Assembly (NCBI RefSeq): GCF_001447785.1
Contig: NW_015163615.1
Location: forward strand, 58,342-122,341
Length of the DNA stretch: 64,000 bases
Direction of reading: 5' to 3'
DNA from: Gekko japonicus
Lineage: Eukaryota
Both the position numbers and the translations under genes were made by a program. Positions 12,801-24,872 of this stretch are shown here, one piece after another; position 1 is the first letter of the stretch, and the number at the start of each line of letters is the position of its first letter. Below the pieces are notes generated by a model. It was not told the DNA's origin, did no database searches, and was given only the letters and a program-made list of their open reading frames with translations.

Positions 12801-15800
12801 GAATTTAATGAGGAGAAGCTAGATTTTAGTTTTGGCAGTTACTAGGAGGATGTCCCCTCACATAAAGTTGACTGAACTCTTGTCACCAAACACTTCAGAT
12901 GGGCTAGAAAATAACACTAACGAATCATCTCCTTAGCAGCCTTCCAAGTAAGTCCACAAAAAAAGTTATCAGCCTACCATATATTTATTAGTCATTTGCA
13001 CTCTCTTAAAGAGAAAGAGCAAATTCACCTGGAGGAGAGCACCTGACAAGACTCAGCTTGCCATAACACACAAAACTCATATTCACCTCGCTGACATTGA
13101 TGTCCTGGGAAAGAAGGGGTCCAGAAAGTAGGACAGCCATGCTGGAGAGGTGGCCAGCAAGTGGCTTCTAAGGGAAAAATACAGGGGAAAAAACCATCAA
13201 ACGCACAACCCAACGGTTACTTCATTGAACTAATTTTGCTGAATGCTGGGTTAACCTAGAACTGCTTTTGCTCAGGAAAATATAAACCAACTCTCTTTGT
13301 ATTTCAGTTGACACGCAACATCAATGTTATCATGTATGTAAGTCAGAAAAAAGGATATTTCTTTTTTAAAAGGCACTACACAAGTCCAAATGCCTCCCAA
13401 TCTACCAGTTTTGCTTCAGGGAAGGATATATATTTTATGGGGGCGGGGAAACTGAGCTGAGGAGCAGACAGGAGTGCAGAATTTTAAAAAAGAAATGGTA
13501 CCAGGTCTCCAAATACATTTCCTTTAACTTTGGCTGGAGCTGTAATCAATGCTCCCTCTAAGCGGTGGAGTCTTGTGAGCAAAAATTCTACGTTGTAAGC
13601 TACTGACATTAGAGTTGTGAGCCAGCGATTTGGCTACTGGATAAAATAGTTTGCTCTGGAGCCATCCTCTCTGAGTTAAGACAAAAATGTGTGAGCTGGA
13701 GGCTAAAAAACTGTGAGCTAGCTCACACTAACTCAGCTTAGTGGGAACACTGGCTGTAATTAATAATCAGTTATGAAACTGCCTATGTTGGCAAAGCAGC
13801 ATGTGACGTTTTAGCACAAAGGCTTCTTCATATCAACAGAGAAACTACTGAACCAAGAACAGATCTCTATCAAGAGTACATGCTATCAAAGAATTAGAAA
13901 TACACACACTGTTCAATACAGAGGAGATTGCTTAGTATAACTTTTTTAAAAGCAGTGGCTCAGCATGGAAGTTAAATGATTACAGATATTTGGACACTTG
14001 AAATGTATACATTTGAGCAAATGAGGAGGATCTGTGCCGCACTCATCCACTGAGGTTTTTCACTGTTTGAGAGTTTCTCACTGTAATACTACACAACCCT
14101 GGGGACCCATGCAATGTTCCCTCTAAGTTATGGAGTCCTGTGAGCAAAAATTCTACTCTCTGAGCTACTGGCATTAAAGTTGTGAGCCAGCAATTTGGCT
14201 ACTGCACTCAATTAGTTTTCTCTGGAGCCATCCTTCCTGAGCTAAGACAAAAATGTGTGAGCCAGAGGCTAAACAACTGTGAGCTAGCTCACACTAACTC
14301 AGCTTAGAGGGAACACTGGTCCCATGTACTGCCAGACCACATTTACTTGCCTCCTGCCTAAGTACTTTCTCGCCAAATCTGCAGCGTTGCAGCATGAAGA
14401 AATCCAGCACTGCTCTCTAGAGGACAAAACAGTAAGACTGCCATTTGTGGCTGGCAACTCCTACTTTTTCTCACCTCAGTCTCTTCCAGCTCTTCAGGAC
14501 AGAGCTCTGGAAAGCCATCCAAGGCCTCTGGCATTCTATGTGTTGCCCCCGCAGCAATTGGACTGCCAAGATCCTTCATCTCATACTCTTCCAGACTCCC
14601 TCTTTCCTGCCCGTAGAAAAGATGAAACAGTCTCACAGGTGAAAGCCACTGCTTCCCAAGCATAAAAATGCTTATTGTAGTTCATGAATAATGCATTTTA
14701 TGGATGAGATGGAGACTGACCTCCCTCTGAAGCTCAAGAATCTAAATGAATTAGAATAAAGTTTAATATCACTATATAAAAGATCTCTATTTAATTTGTT
14801 TTTCTGGAATGTGGATTTCTCTTGCAACGTTTCTACATCTGTGACTATATGAGTAATTAGTCCTGATGTTTGTGTTATTATGGGTTGGATTTTTCTAAAC
14901 AATTATTGACTTACAATATTGGTACATCTTCATCTCTTCGTGCTCCACAATTCTTCAAAGTGTACCTACTTTTCTTTTTAGTATTTATTATTTTATTTAT
15001 ATCCCGCCCTCCCCGCAAGTAGGCTCAGGGTGGGTTACATCAATCTCAGTATAATAAATGCAATTCAATTAAAAACAACTCTAAAATAACAATTTAAAAC
15101 AGTACAGAAACATAAGATACCATGTAAAATAGATTAGCTCAGATATCAGTTACAATGTCAAATCAGTTAAAATACAACAGTGGGTACCCAGATGTCTATT
15201 TGGATCCAGGCCACTGATAGGAGATTAGCCAGGGAAGAGGGGACATCCTCTGCCTCCACCAAAAGCTCAGTGGAAGAGCTCTGTCTTGCAGGCTCTGTGG
15301 AACTGTAACGGGTCCTGATCTCATACAGGAGCTCATTCCACCAGGTGGGGGCCAGGACTGAAAAAGCCCTGGCCCAGGCTAGTCGGACGTCCCTGGGGCC
15401 AGGGACTACCAAAAGATGTTGGTTTGTGGACCTCAGTGCCCTACAGAGCTCGTATACTGCCCCCTGGCTGTATAGGGCTTTAAAGGTAAGTACCAGCACC
15501 TTGAAACGGATCCCGAATTCAATAGGCAGCCGGTGCAGTTCACGCAACACTGGTGAATACGAGCCTGCACAGGCGTCGCCATCAGCACTGTGCTGCTGCA
15601 TTCTGCACTAGCTGCAACTTCCGGAGCAGAGTCAAGGGCATCCCCATGTAGAGAGAGTTTTAATAATCCAGTCTGGAATTGACCGTTGCGTGGGTCACCG
15701 TAGCCAGGTCTTGGGGGGTGAGATATGGGGCCAACTGCCTGATCTGCCTCAGATGGGAAAAGGCAGACGTGGCAGTGGCAGTGACCTGGGCCTCCACAGA

Positions 15801-18800
15801 GAGGGAGGCATATCCAGGAACACCCCTAGGCTCTTCACCCTCAATATTGGCACCAATGGAGCCCCATCAAAGGCTGGGAGCCTGATTCCTTGACTCAATC
15901 CCCCATGACTGAGGTGCAGGATCTCTGCCCTGGATGGATTTAACTTCAGTTGGCTCTGTCGCAGCTATCCAGCCACAGCTTGTAACTCCTAGTCCAGATC
16001 TCCTGGGGCTGTGTCTGAATGGCCGTCCATCAGTAGACAGAGCTGGGCGTCGTCCACATACTGGTGACAACCCAACCCATACCGCCGGATAATCTGGGCG
16101 AGGGGGCGCATGTAGATATTAAACATGGGAGAGAGAACTGCTCCCTGTGGCACACCACATTCCACTGGGTGTTGCTGTGATAACCCCCTATTCACTCATT
16201 CAAAATGTATTGATATGTGGCTGATATGTGGTATTCAGTGAATGATCTGGGAGTATACAATACTGTAGACTTGCTAAAGCTAAGCAGGGACAAACTGAAA
16301 CAGCAATGTGGATGGGAGACTATTAAGAGCCTCAGGGAAAAGTGGAATACAAGTACAATATAATAACTTCACGGGTATATTAAGTTATTCCCTCTGCGAT
16401 TCAGTGATGTGGCCACAGTGAGAGTTCGTCTCCTAAACCCTAATGAGGCATGACATGATAGGTCTGCTACATAAATCACCATGTGAGCATCATTGCTGGA
16501 GCATTAAGTTTGGGGCTTGGGTAAACCTGAGCTCTCTCATCGAGGTGCCTCATTTCCTAACAGAGAAGTACCTCATCACAGAGAATCAACAGCCCACCTG
16601 AACTGGCCATTTGAGGAGAGTGCTACAGTTCCCTGGGAAAGATCCTCTCCCCCCCCCAATAGAAGAGTGGAAATTCCAACAGCCATGCTACACAGATTCT
16701 CACCTCACTTATCACTGTGGGCACTGGACCACGATACTAAACAATGACCTAGAGCAGACAGCCATCTAATATCTGTAGGCCTAGTAGAAGTTTCCAAACC
16801 AGGGATATCAGATCAGCTAGTAAGCAGTATAAACTCACCAGTGCTGCAGCATAACGAGTCAGCTGGGAGTCTGGTGGTCTCTTCCAGAACAGCAAGGACC
16901 TGGGCACTTGCCACCCTGGGTACTTAAAAAAGCTGCCCTCCTGGTAAGAAAGAAAGAGAAGAAGTAATCTTTAGTGGACAGAACCAGTTTTACTTCTGGA
17001 GACAAGTACCTAAGGAAGTTTCAGAAGAGCTAGGACAAACATCACTACTAAATAACAGGAAAGAGGCACATGGCTTGCTCATCCCTTGGCTCTGCAGAGC
17101 AGAGGTCTTTTGCCTGGTTGATTTCTTGACATTCTGCTTACAAATACTTACAGGAAGCATCACTTGCTGCAACAGGCACTTACATTCTCCTTGTTCATAG
17201 AAGGGCTGTTGATCTCCCAATTAATTTGGTGGATGCAACCCGGGGTGCCTGGCGTGCTACACAGTACTTCGGTCTGAAATGCCAAGAGGGAAAAGTATTT
17301 ACGGCAGATGAATCCAAGAGGTGCAGCTGAAGGTCCAGGTCCCCTGACTGATGTCTTACAGCCGTTCTGGCACCTGCATTTTTACACAAGGTGAATGATA
17401 CCAATAAAGGAAAGGAAATACTCACCTGGAGCAATTGCGCACACTCTCTCCTTGAGTCTCTACTGGGGGGAAAAAACTTACAGTCACAGAGTCAGGTAAT
17501 GGTTTATTTTGCATTACCAAAACCTCCTGAAGAGATTCTGGTAAAACACACTGGGGACTCCCCCCCCCCCCATTTTCAGTGGAAAGAACTGAGGCAAAGT
17601 CTCTTAGCAAGAAGGCCCATTACTATCTACTCCCTAGATTCAGTTGGGTGGCTGTGTTGGTCTGAAGCAATAGAACCAAGTTTGAGTCCAGTGGCACCTT
17701 TAAGACCAACAAAGTTTAATTCTGGGTATAAGCTTTCATGTGCGTGCACACTTCATCAGATACGCAGAACTAAACTTTGTTGGTCTTAAAGATGCCGCTG
17801 GACTCAAACTTTGTTCTGTTCTCTCCCTAGTTTATTTAAAGTGCACATCCATCTTTTGTAGCTCTGAGCTCAAGCTACTTGCAACCCACTTTTTATATTT
17901 CCTTTGGTTAACCTAAGGAAGGCTCAAAGCCTAACCCATTACTATCAGAATTACCACATCTGGTCCAATAGACACCCAATATGCTGGCACTGCATATACC
18001 TTGACAGGGGAGTACAAAGAATGCACTGTGCAAGCATATTGCATTGCCTTTACCCTCTGATGACCTTTACACTCTAGTGACCAAGAGACAATCAGTGAGA
18101 CTGGCATATATGGAAACAATGCTCTGAACTAGGGACAAAATCTTTTAGATGTGGATGCATAAAGATCTGGACAGTGCCCAGCACTACATGGAAATATACC
18201 ATGCAAATTAGCAGCAGCCCTCCAGGTTCTAATGTATCTCCAATGTGCACTTCAATTCTAAACAATTTAACTGTCACTAAGTTAAGAAACAATTGCACAC
18301 AAGGGAGTCTAGGCTCTATCAGATCATTTGGTAGAAAGTAAAACAAACACAAAAGCAGTCAGCAGTATGAATTTATATTTAAAAACCCTTTCGCCAGTAA
18401 AGGGAAAAAAAAACAGAACAGGACAGAAACACTGTAATTCCCCACAAATATTTGATTGCAGAGTTCCCCCCCCCCACATGCTTGTCTTCAAACCCTGTGA
18501 AAAGGGCAACAGCTCTGGCTCTGGTGACACTCGCAAGTTACAAAGCACAGTGTGATATTCAGAAGAAACCATGATTTTGCTGCAAAAGTTCAAACACTTA
18601 CATACTTTGAACAAGTTCACAGTATTCCCTAGAAACCTGGCACTCAAAGCAGAAGCCACAAAACTAAAGCCTCCCTCTCACATTTTAAAGTTCAGTGAAA
18701 ATAAAAGATTAAAGTACAAGAATGCTTGGACAGAACTTACAGATTATCCTGTGGTTCTGTTGAATCCTTCTGACCTGTAATGAGAAAGGGATAAGGTCAG

Positions 18801-21800
18801 TAATGTTTAGAAAGTAACTTATAAGCGACTGGATGAAAGTCAAAAGATTTGCCAACACAAACAGATTCCTAAAGTGACAGGTTAGGCAGGAAGAAGAAAA
18901 CAAGACTAAACACCATCTGAGTTAAAATGCTCTCTACAGTCGTAATTATACAGCAGACCTATTACTGATGGATACGCTACGCTTGCAAAAATATATTCCT
19001 GTTGTGTGATTTTACTAGGCACAAAACCCATGAAGTTAAGCTTGCCAAAGACACTACACCGCTAAAGCTAATGGACAGCATTCAGTCTGTAAATCAGAAC
19101 CCTGGAACTAAGGAGTTACAGCCTGGGAGGAAAACCACCATCCGTAGGGCAGGCCATAATGGCACACTAACCTGTACACTCAAGCCACCCCCACACAGAA
19201 GCCTTGTGCACTGTTTAGTTAATGCCTTAGCATTAACCTTCAAGTCCAAGTAGTAGAAGATAGTTACTTCTCTCTTACAGTAGCACAAGGGATCCTGCGT
19301 CTCACCCCCATCAATCACATGGATGGGTGGAAACCCAACTTTGGCTGAAGGCCAGAGAACATGTGAATTGTGGGCATCAAATACATTTACTTATTCTTAC
19401 GGAAAAAGGCATGGGATCACTCTGAAACTTTCTATGAAGAATAAACTTTACAGTCAGAATCTATTTATTTATGTTATTTATAGTCCACCTTTCTCATTGG
19501 GATTCAAGGCAGTGAAATCAATAGAATGAGGAGACATTTAAACAATGAAACAGGACTAGGACTGCAGAAATCTGAGACAATGCATAACTATCAACCATTA
19601 CATGCTAAAGCAAGGAATACTATTACATAAGCAGAAATAGAATGCAGTGAGAGTAAAAAAATAAAGCAACAGATAATATATAATATATATTACTAGCATA
19701 GTCTACAGTCAAGTTCCCTCTATTGAAGCATCTCCTTGAATCATTCTGTTATAATGAAGCCCTATTTCCTTTATAAAATGCCCTCCTGAACAGTTCTGTT
19801 TTACATGGTTTACAGAAAACCAAACATGTGGGATCCTTCCTGACCACCTTAGGCAGGCCATTCCATTGGGGGGGGGGGCGATGACTATAGAGAATACACA
19901 TGAATGGGCAGTTGTTGATCTGGCTCACTTGTAGGGTGGCACCTGTAGAAGGCCCTGTTCAGATGAGTGTTTAGGGATGCCAGCCTCCAGGTAGGACCTG
20001 GAGATTCCCTGTAATTACAGCTCACCCCAGGCTAGAGAGATTAGTTCCTCTAGAGAAAATGGATGCTTTGGATGGTGGACTCTATAGCATTGTACCCCAC
20101 TGAGGTTCCTGTCCTCCCCACCCCCAAATCTCCAGGAGTTTCTCAACCTGAATCTGGCAATCTACTCCCCCCCCCCAACCAGTGGCTGGGAGGACCTGGC
20201 AACCCTAGAAGTTGTGGTGGTGGGGCATAGGAGTAGAGACAGTCCTGCAGATATGAGGGTCCAAGGCTAGGAAGGGCTTTGTTTGTGCAGGCCAGTGCCT
20301 TCAGCTGAACCAGAAGACTAGTGACAAATGAAAGGCGTGAATGCAGAATGGGTGACAGGCAAAAACCTTTCATATCTAGTTGCTCTGTCACTTCTTGCTC
20401 ACTCTTTCGGTATACCTTCCTACCTCCCATGCCACGAAGAGTTCATAATATCTATAAAAGTTATGTATGTGCCAAGTCTAGAACAGTTTAAAAACAGCTC
20501 ATAGAAGACTAAAATACAGATGAAACTACATTAAACAGCTGCAAAAAAGAAATACAAAGCCAATAAAATAATAGTTATTAACTATTTAGCAATCATAAAA
20601 TCAGCAGCTAAAAATCATCAGTGTAAAATTAAAAACAGCATCAAGTTAGTAAAAGCCACAGCAAAGAGAACATGGATAGCCCTGTAGAATAAAAAAGCTT
20701 TAGCAAACTTTTGGGAGTGAGGGATCCTAATGAGCCTCCTTGAGTAGAGAATTCCAGTTTTGGAATGAAGAAATCTAGTCCCACATATTAACCAGCTTCA
20801 CTTCAGCTAATGCCAGCACGTGCAGCAAAGGCACAAGAATATGACTCCAAAGCATAGGAAGGCTGCCACAGGTAGAGCAGCCCTTCACACACCATGGTCC
20901 CCAACTGTTTATGGCTGTAAAAACCAGGAAAGAACTTTGATTTGGGCCCAGAAACAAAACAGTTGGGGTTATTGTTATACAGGCTCTGATTAAACCAATG
21001 CAGGCACATTTTGGGCCCACTGTTTTCAGCAGTTTGTCAAAGGCATCCTTAGACACAGGCCGTTACAGTAATCTCATCTGGAAGTTACAAAGGCATGTAT
21101 AATAGTTGCTAGGTCAGCTCCTTTCAGAAATGGCTGCAGCTGGTAAACCTGCCCAAGCTGGTAAAACACACTCCTGGATACCTCTGTTAGACAAATAAGA
21201 CAAGTGACATCTCATGGATTTATTAGACCCATCCCATTGAAAAAAAATAAAGCCTCATAAATCTGAGTATTCTAGTTTAATGTTAAAATTTAATATTCAT
21301 GTTGGGAAAGATGCCAGGCCTTATGATAAAATACTCTAAACAACTAAAGGCTAGCAGCTGGATATAGAATCAAAATTGTACTGTTGGCAGTAGCTGTTAC
21401 CAGCTTCCAATGCTCTTGGAGACTGGCTAAAGTTGAAGGCAGTTTCCTCTTCCCCGTTACTGAGGTTGGACAGATCTAGACGGCGTCTTGGTGTATCCCT
21501 GTGAGAACAGAGTGACATAAATGCTTGGAGGAAAAAACACCTGAAGCTTTTATAATGCAGCATAAGACACTGAAATGGAAGACTGGTTTTCTCTGGACAA
21601 CTATTGTTAGTCTTTCTGCTCTGTACCGTTAGAACGCTTCTAGGCAAGAGTACCATCCTAAACCACCGCAGCCATTTTGCCAGTTTGCAAGGATAATCAT
21701 CATAGGATTGAAACCAGTCTAGAATGCCGCACCAGAGAACTGCTGTCAGTGCAACCCTAAGAATAGTTACACCCCAAGTCTATTCATTCCAGCGAATAAT

Positions 21801-23218
21801 ACAATAAAGGGTTTAACAGTGCTTAAGACTGCACAGCATATTACTTACACAGTGGTGACTTTTAGAGATAACAGGGGCTTTGTACCCCCAACTCAAATAC
21901 TGTTTTGATTCCATGTGATAGCACCTATCAGCACCAGCATCTCTAGGACAGTGTTATACCATCCCAAGTCTACATACCAAACAATAATTATTATGTGTGT
22001 CTATATTAGACATGTATGCCAAAATAAAATAAGGGTGACTGTTTATCCTGTATTGACAATATTACCATAGTCGTTGCATGTGTGTACACAAGGAACCAAA
22101 CAAATGCTGTTACAATACATTGTTGTATTTCAGCCTGGCTGAAATTCTTGCCCTCACGACTGAAGAGACATCCCAGTACTTCAATCTTAAGCAGAAGGAT
22201 TTGCAGACTTTCATTATTACCCAGTCTTGCAAGAATAATACCGTCCTTAAAGATCACAACAGCACACATTAAAGAAATGGTTTGCAGATACAGCTTATCC
22301 TTAATCATGGGGGAAAGCGACTCTCTTAGGCAGAAACAGCACATTGCATACATGCATGAAGAGCAAGATTGGGGGAAGGGGGAAGAGTGAGGAAATACAG
22401 TGCAAGATTCCATCAGGCAAAGCCTTGCCCAAAACAGAAAGCGCTATGCAGAATTCCAGAGACATTAACAGATCACTTCATAGTTATGTTCTAGTCCACA
22501 GAGGCATCTAAGGACTCAACAGTCAGAAGACTTGATTTCAAATTTTCAAATATTTAAACCTGTTATTATTATAAGGGAAAACTGGCCTGGAATTTCTCAG
22601 TTCATACATTAAAAATAAGACCTCTGAGTCTTAAGACAGGTAATAAGTTATATACGAAGTCTCATAGCTAACTAGCTCAAACCTTATTTGTTTGTTTACT
22701 TACTTCATTTATAGTCCACATTTCTTGCTGAGACCCAAGGAGTCTCCAAACTCCATAACTAAAAAACAATGCAGTAACTAAGATATAACTGAAGGAGCAG
22801 AAAACCTTAGTAGCTGGGTATGTTGTTATAGAACACCTTTCTGCTTGCGCAACTGGAATACATTTCATGATCAATTAGGTCACCCTCATCCACAAACAAA
22901 TTCACTAAAAGAAATGGAGATTAGATTTCTAACTCTAGATCTCTCTTGTTAGTAGCCACCCGGAGAAGTTGAGAACATTTAAGACATAGAACGTGACTCA
23001 AGGTCACGTTCAGAGTCCCAAGAGATTTACCCTGCTAAAGCGCCGACGTTTCTGAAACCTTGAGTCAAGTTGGACACTGGAGTAAGAGGTGGTTCTGGAG
23101 TGAAGGGTAGGGAGATTTCGGTATCCCGGAGCAAATTAAGCAAAAGTTCGCAGCTAGATCGGAACTGGAAACGCAAACGAGGAACATCTGTCTCCACGGG
23201 GGGGAAATTCGTAGACAT
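6884..23218 (-). CDS. CDC25C: M-phase inducer phosphatase 3 (CDC25C), 14 coding exons, ~494 aa
   Basis: Exons in transcript order: 23218-23031, 21498-21401, 18774-18741, 17462-17426, 17273-17184, 16940-16839, 14606-14475, 12687-12535, 10562-10461, 9191-9129, 8367-8269, 8170-8037, 7910-7799, 7024-6884. All junctions are GT-AG and the total is 1485 nt in frame. Motifs: [17 protein letters not shown] (KEN box), [15 protein letters not shown] (Ser216-type 14-3-3 site), [20 protein letters not shown], catalytic HCEFSSERG (HCX5R), [11 protein letters not shown]. Confidence 0.95.
8419..8842. mobile_element. hAT (Charlie-like) MITE remnant with an L2 tail insertion
   Basis: CAAGGGTCCCCACAACCTTTT ... 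GGTGACCCCTG ends; L2-like tail at ~8650-8720; TSD degenerate. Confidence 0.5.
10790..12430 (+). mobile_element. Degenerate L2-type LINE fragment interrupted by a SINE
   Basis: Remnants of [30 protein letters not shown] and SRLGYCN, with frameshifts. Confidence 0.8.
11847..12119 (+). mobile_element. tRNA-derived squamate SINE with (TCT)n tail
   Basis: A/B-box-like head (TGGTGTAGCGGTTAAG ... GGTTTGATTCCC) and tail GGGTATAAATCCAATCTCTTCTTCTTCT. Confidence 0.85.
13547..13752 (-). mobile_element. ~205-bp hAT MITE, copy 1
   Basis: TIRs CARTGTTCCCTCTAAG-like; perfect 8-bp TSD GCTGTAAT. Confidence 0.9.
14112..14318 (-). mobile_element. ~205-bp hAT MITE, copy 2
   Basis: Same family; TSD GACCCATG/GTCCCATG (1 mismatch). 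Confidence 0.9.
14983..16195 (-). mobile_element. L2-type LINE 3' fragment
   Basis: [22 protein letters not shown] and [22 protein letters not shown]; (TAAA)n-like tail at ~14985-15000. Confidence 0.88.
16270..16336 (+). repeat. Degenerate 5S rRNA-derived fragment (SINE3-like); a similar remnant lies at ~51228-51291
   Basis: AAGCTAAGCAGGG...GGATGGGAGAC matches the 5S internal control region; no full gene is present. Confidence 0.45.
17638..17822. mobile_element. Penelope-like pLTR remnant (inverted pair) carrying a minimal hammerhead motif
   Basis: Inverted arms ~17673-17717 and ~17772-17817 (GAGTCCAGTGGCACCTTTAAGACCAACAAAG); flanking direct repeat CTCCCTAG at 17630-17637 and 17823-17830. 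Confidence 0.7.
17726..17763 (-). ncRNA. Putative minimal type I hammerhead ribozyme
   Basis: Minus strand reads GTAT-CTGATGA-A-GTGTG-CACG-CACAT-GAAA-GC-TT-ATAC: conserved core, stem II, palindromic AGCT stem III and a 4-bp stem I. Confidence 0.55.
19460..21180 (-). mobile_element. Cluster of old L2-type fragments with nested TAGGG(A/T)TGCCA-type MITE (~19972-20207)
   Basis: Recognisable L2 3' motifs ([15 protein letters not shown]); MITE ends TAGGGATGCCAG and CTGGCAACCCTA. Confidence 0.5.
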
Positions 23219-23479
23219 GATGGCGCACGATATCTTCCACCAACCGGCCGTCCGCGGAGAAAACAATAACGCTAAACCAAATTCAGTTCGGTAGATGATG
23301 CAGTACCGGATCCTCTTCCTCTGTATTAAAAGCACAGCCAAAATTTACAGCACGAAGCAGTGGCAGTCTCCTGACAACGGAACCGGCTCGCTCGTTCAAA
23401 AGCCTCCCTAGGCGAAATTCCCCGGGTTGCTCGTCGTCCTGCTAATCACCATCCCCGGCCACCACCCCCTGCCCCGGCT

Positions 23480-24000
23480 TCCACCGAACTCTCCCACGGG
23501 CTGGGCGGACTTAAAAATCAACAGAATTCTGGGAGTTTAAATTTACCGGTCTACTGTCGACCAAACACCTCCTTCTTTACCAACCAACCAATTATCAAAG
23601 CACGGAGGGGTGGGGGGAGAGAAGAAACCGGCAATCTGTCCAATAGCTTTTTAATTGGCTATCATTCGCTTATACGTCAATGGGAAGAGACAGCATCTAT
23701 TGGGGAATGATGTAGGGGGCGGGTCTTCTTGAATCACATTTTGTTATTGTTCGACAACTGTAACGAGGTTTCTGTTCTTCTTTGTGCTCTTCATGCAGCC
23801 AATCGCTGGCCCAGAATCATCCTTCTCCCATCCCCCTCTAATTGTGTTACTAGCCTGTTAGAAACCTGCCCTTTCTCCCTGCTGGAGGGAGATTTAAACC
23901 GTGGGAAGCTGATGCTCTAAGCTTCTGCAGGCGGATTGCTTGTTTTGACGTAAACTAGCCGATTGGGAGTCAGATGCAGGGCGGCTGGGTTCCTTTGACA
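23480..24000. promoter_or_regulatory. Putative bidirectional CDC25C/SLBP2 promoter with NF-Y, CHR and GC boxes
   Basis: CpG-rich over ~23000-23560. CCAAT/ATTGG at 23588, 23640, 23654, 23699, 23799, 23962. CHR-type TTTAAA at 23536 and 23893. GGCGGG-N4-CTTGAA (CDE/CHR-like) at 23718-23733. Lies between divergent genes. Confidence 0.7.
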
Positions 24001-24079
24001 AACAGGTGCCAGACCTTGGGCTGTGGAGGGAAGGAAGAGCTTTAGAGGGTTCTTCTGTGGACTAGAGAATAGTTGCAAG

Positions 24080-24285
24080 CAGTGTTCCCTCTAAGCTGAG
24101 TTAGTGTGAGCTAGCTCACAGTTTCTTAGCCTCTGGCTCACATGTTTTTGTCTTAGCTCAGAAAGGATGGCTCAAGAGCAAACTAATTTATGCAGTAGCC
24201 AAATTGTTTGCTCACAACTTTAATGCCAGTAGCTCACAAAGTGGAATCTTTGCTCACAGGACTTCACAGCTTAGAGGGAACATTG
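24080..24285 (+). mobile_element. ~205-bp hAT MITE, copy 3
   Basis: CAGTGTTCCCTCTAAG...CTTAGAGGGAACATTG; TSD GTTGCAAG. Confidence 0.9.
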
Positions 24286-24872
24286 GTTGCAAGTGGTTTC
24301 CTTCTTTCCCATACGAGTGCTACTCGGATAGCAGGAAAGATACTAAAGAGGCACAGACCAAGTTAAAACTTCCTTGTTTTAGTACACTTTTATAATGAGT
24401 GTTCTTTTGCTTGGGGAGTCTGACCAGTCAAAGGTTTAATGCTTGCGCTCTAGATATTATGTAATTGTACCTGTGTGTTTTTTTCCTCCCTCGGGGTTCA
24501 AAGCTTATATATTTTCTGAGTTAGTATTCTGGATATAAGCCCCATTTTACTTTGCTTGGAAACATGGCTTCATGTTTCAGGTATAAACTTGCAGGCTTTT
24601 ACTAGTTTTGCATTGTTATTGAGTGGGATAAAATGGATAAAGAATAATGGCTGGAAGCTATTATTAATTGGTTGTCTTACAGTAGTTTTATGACTAAAGT
24701 CTATTTCTTACCTGCTGGAGACCTCTTATGTGGTAGGTAAACCAACTATTTGGGGAGAACTCAAACTCTGTTCATTTGAACAGCTGGCAACAGTTTCAGG
24801 TGTTTGTAACATGAACATCTTTCTTGTAATTTGCCCTCAGTTCTCTGCTTTATGGTTCTTTCGGTTACAACC

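Noticed and set aside
13547-14318. Two nearby repeats as a CRISPR array or as LTRs of one element
   Set aside because: Each copy has its own TIRs and a distinct 8-bp TSD, so they are independent MITE insertions in a eukaryotic genome.
16270-16336. 5S rRNA gene
   Set aside because: Only a diverged internal fragment is present.
17274-17373. In-frame 5' extension of the CDC25C KEN exon
   Set aside because: It would need a ~52-nt intron and the wrong phase; the acceptor at 17274 fits the phases and homology.
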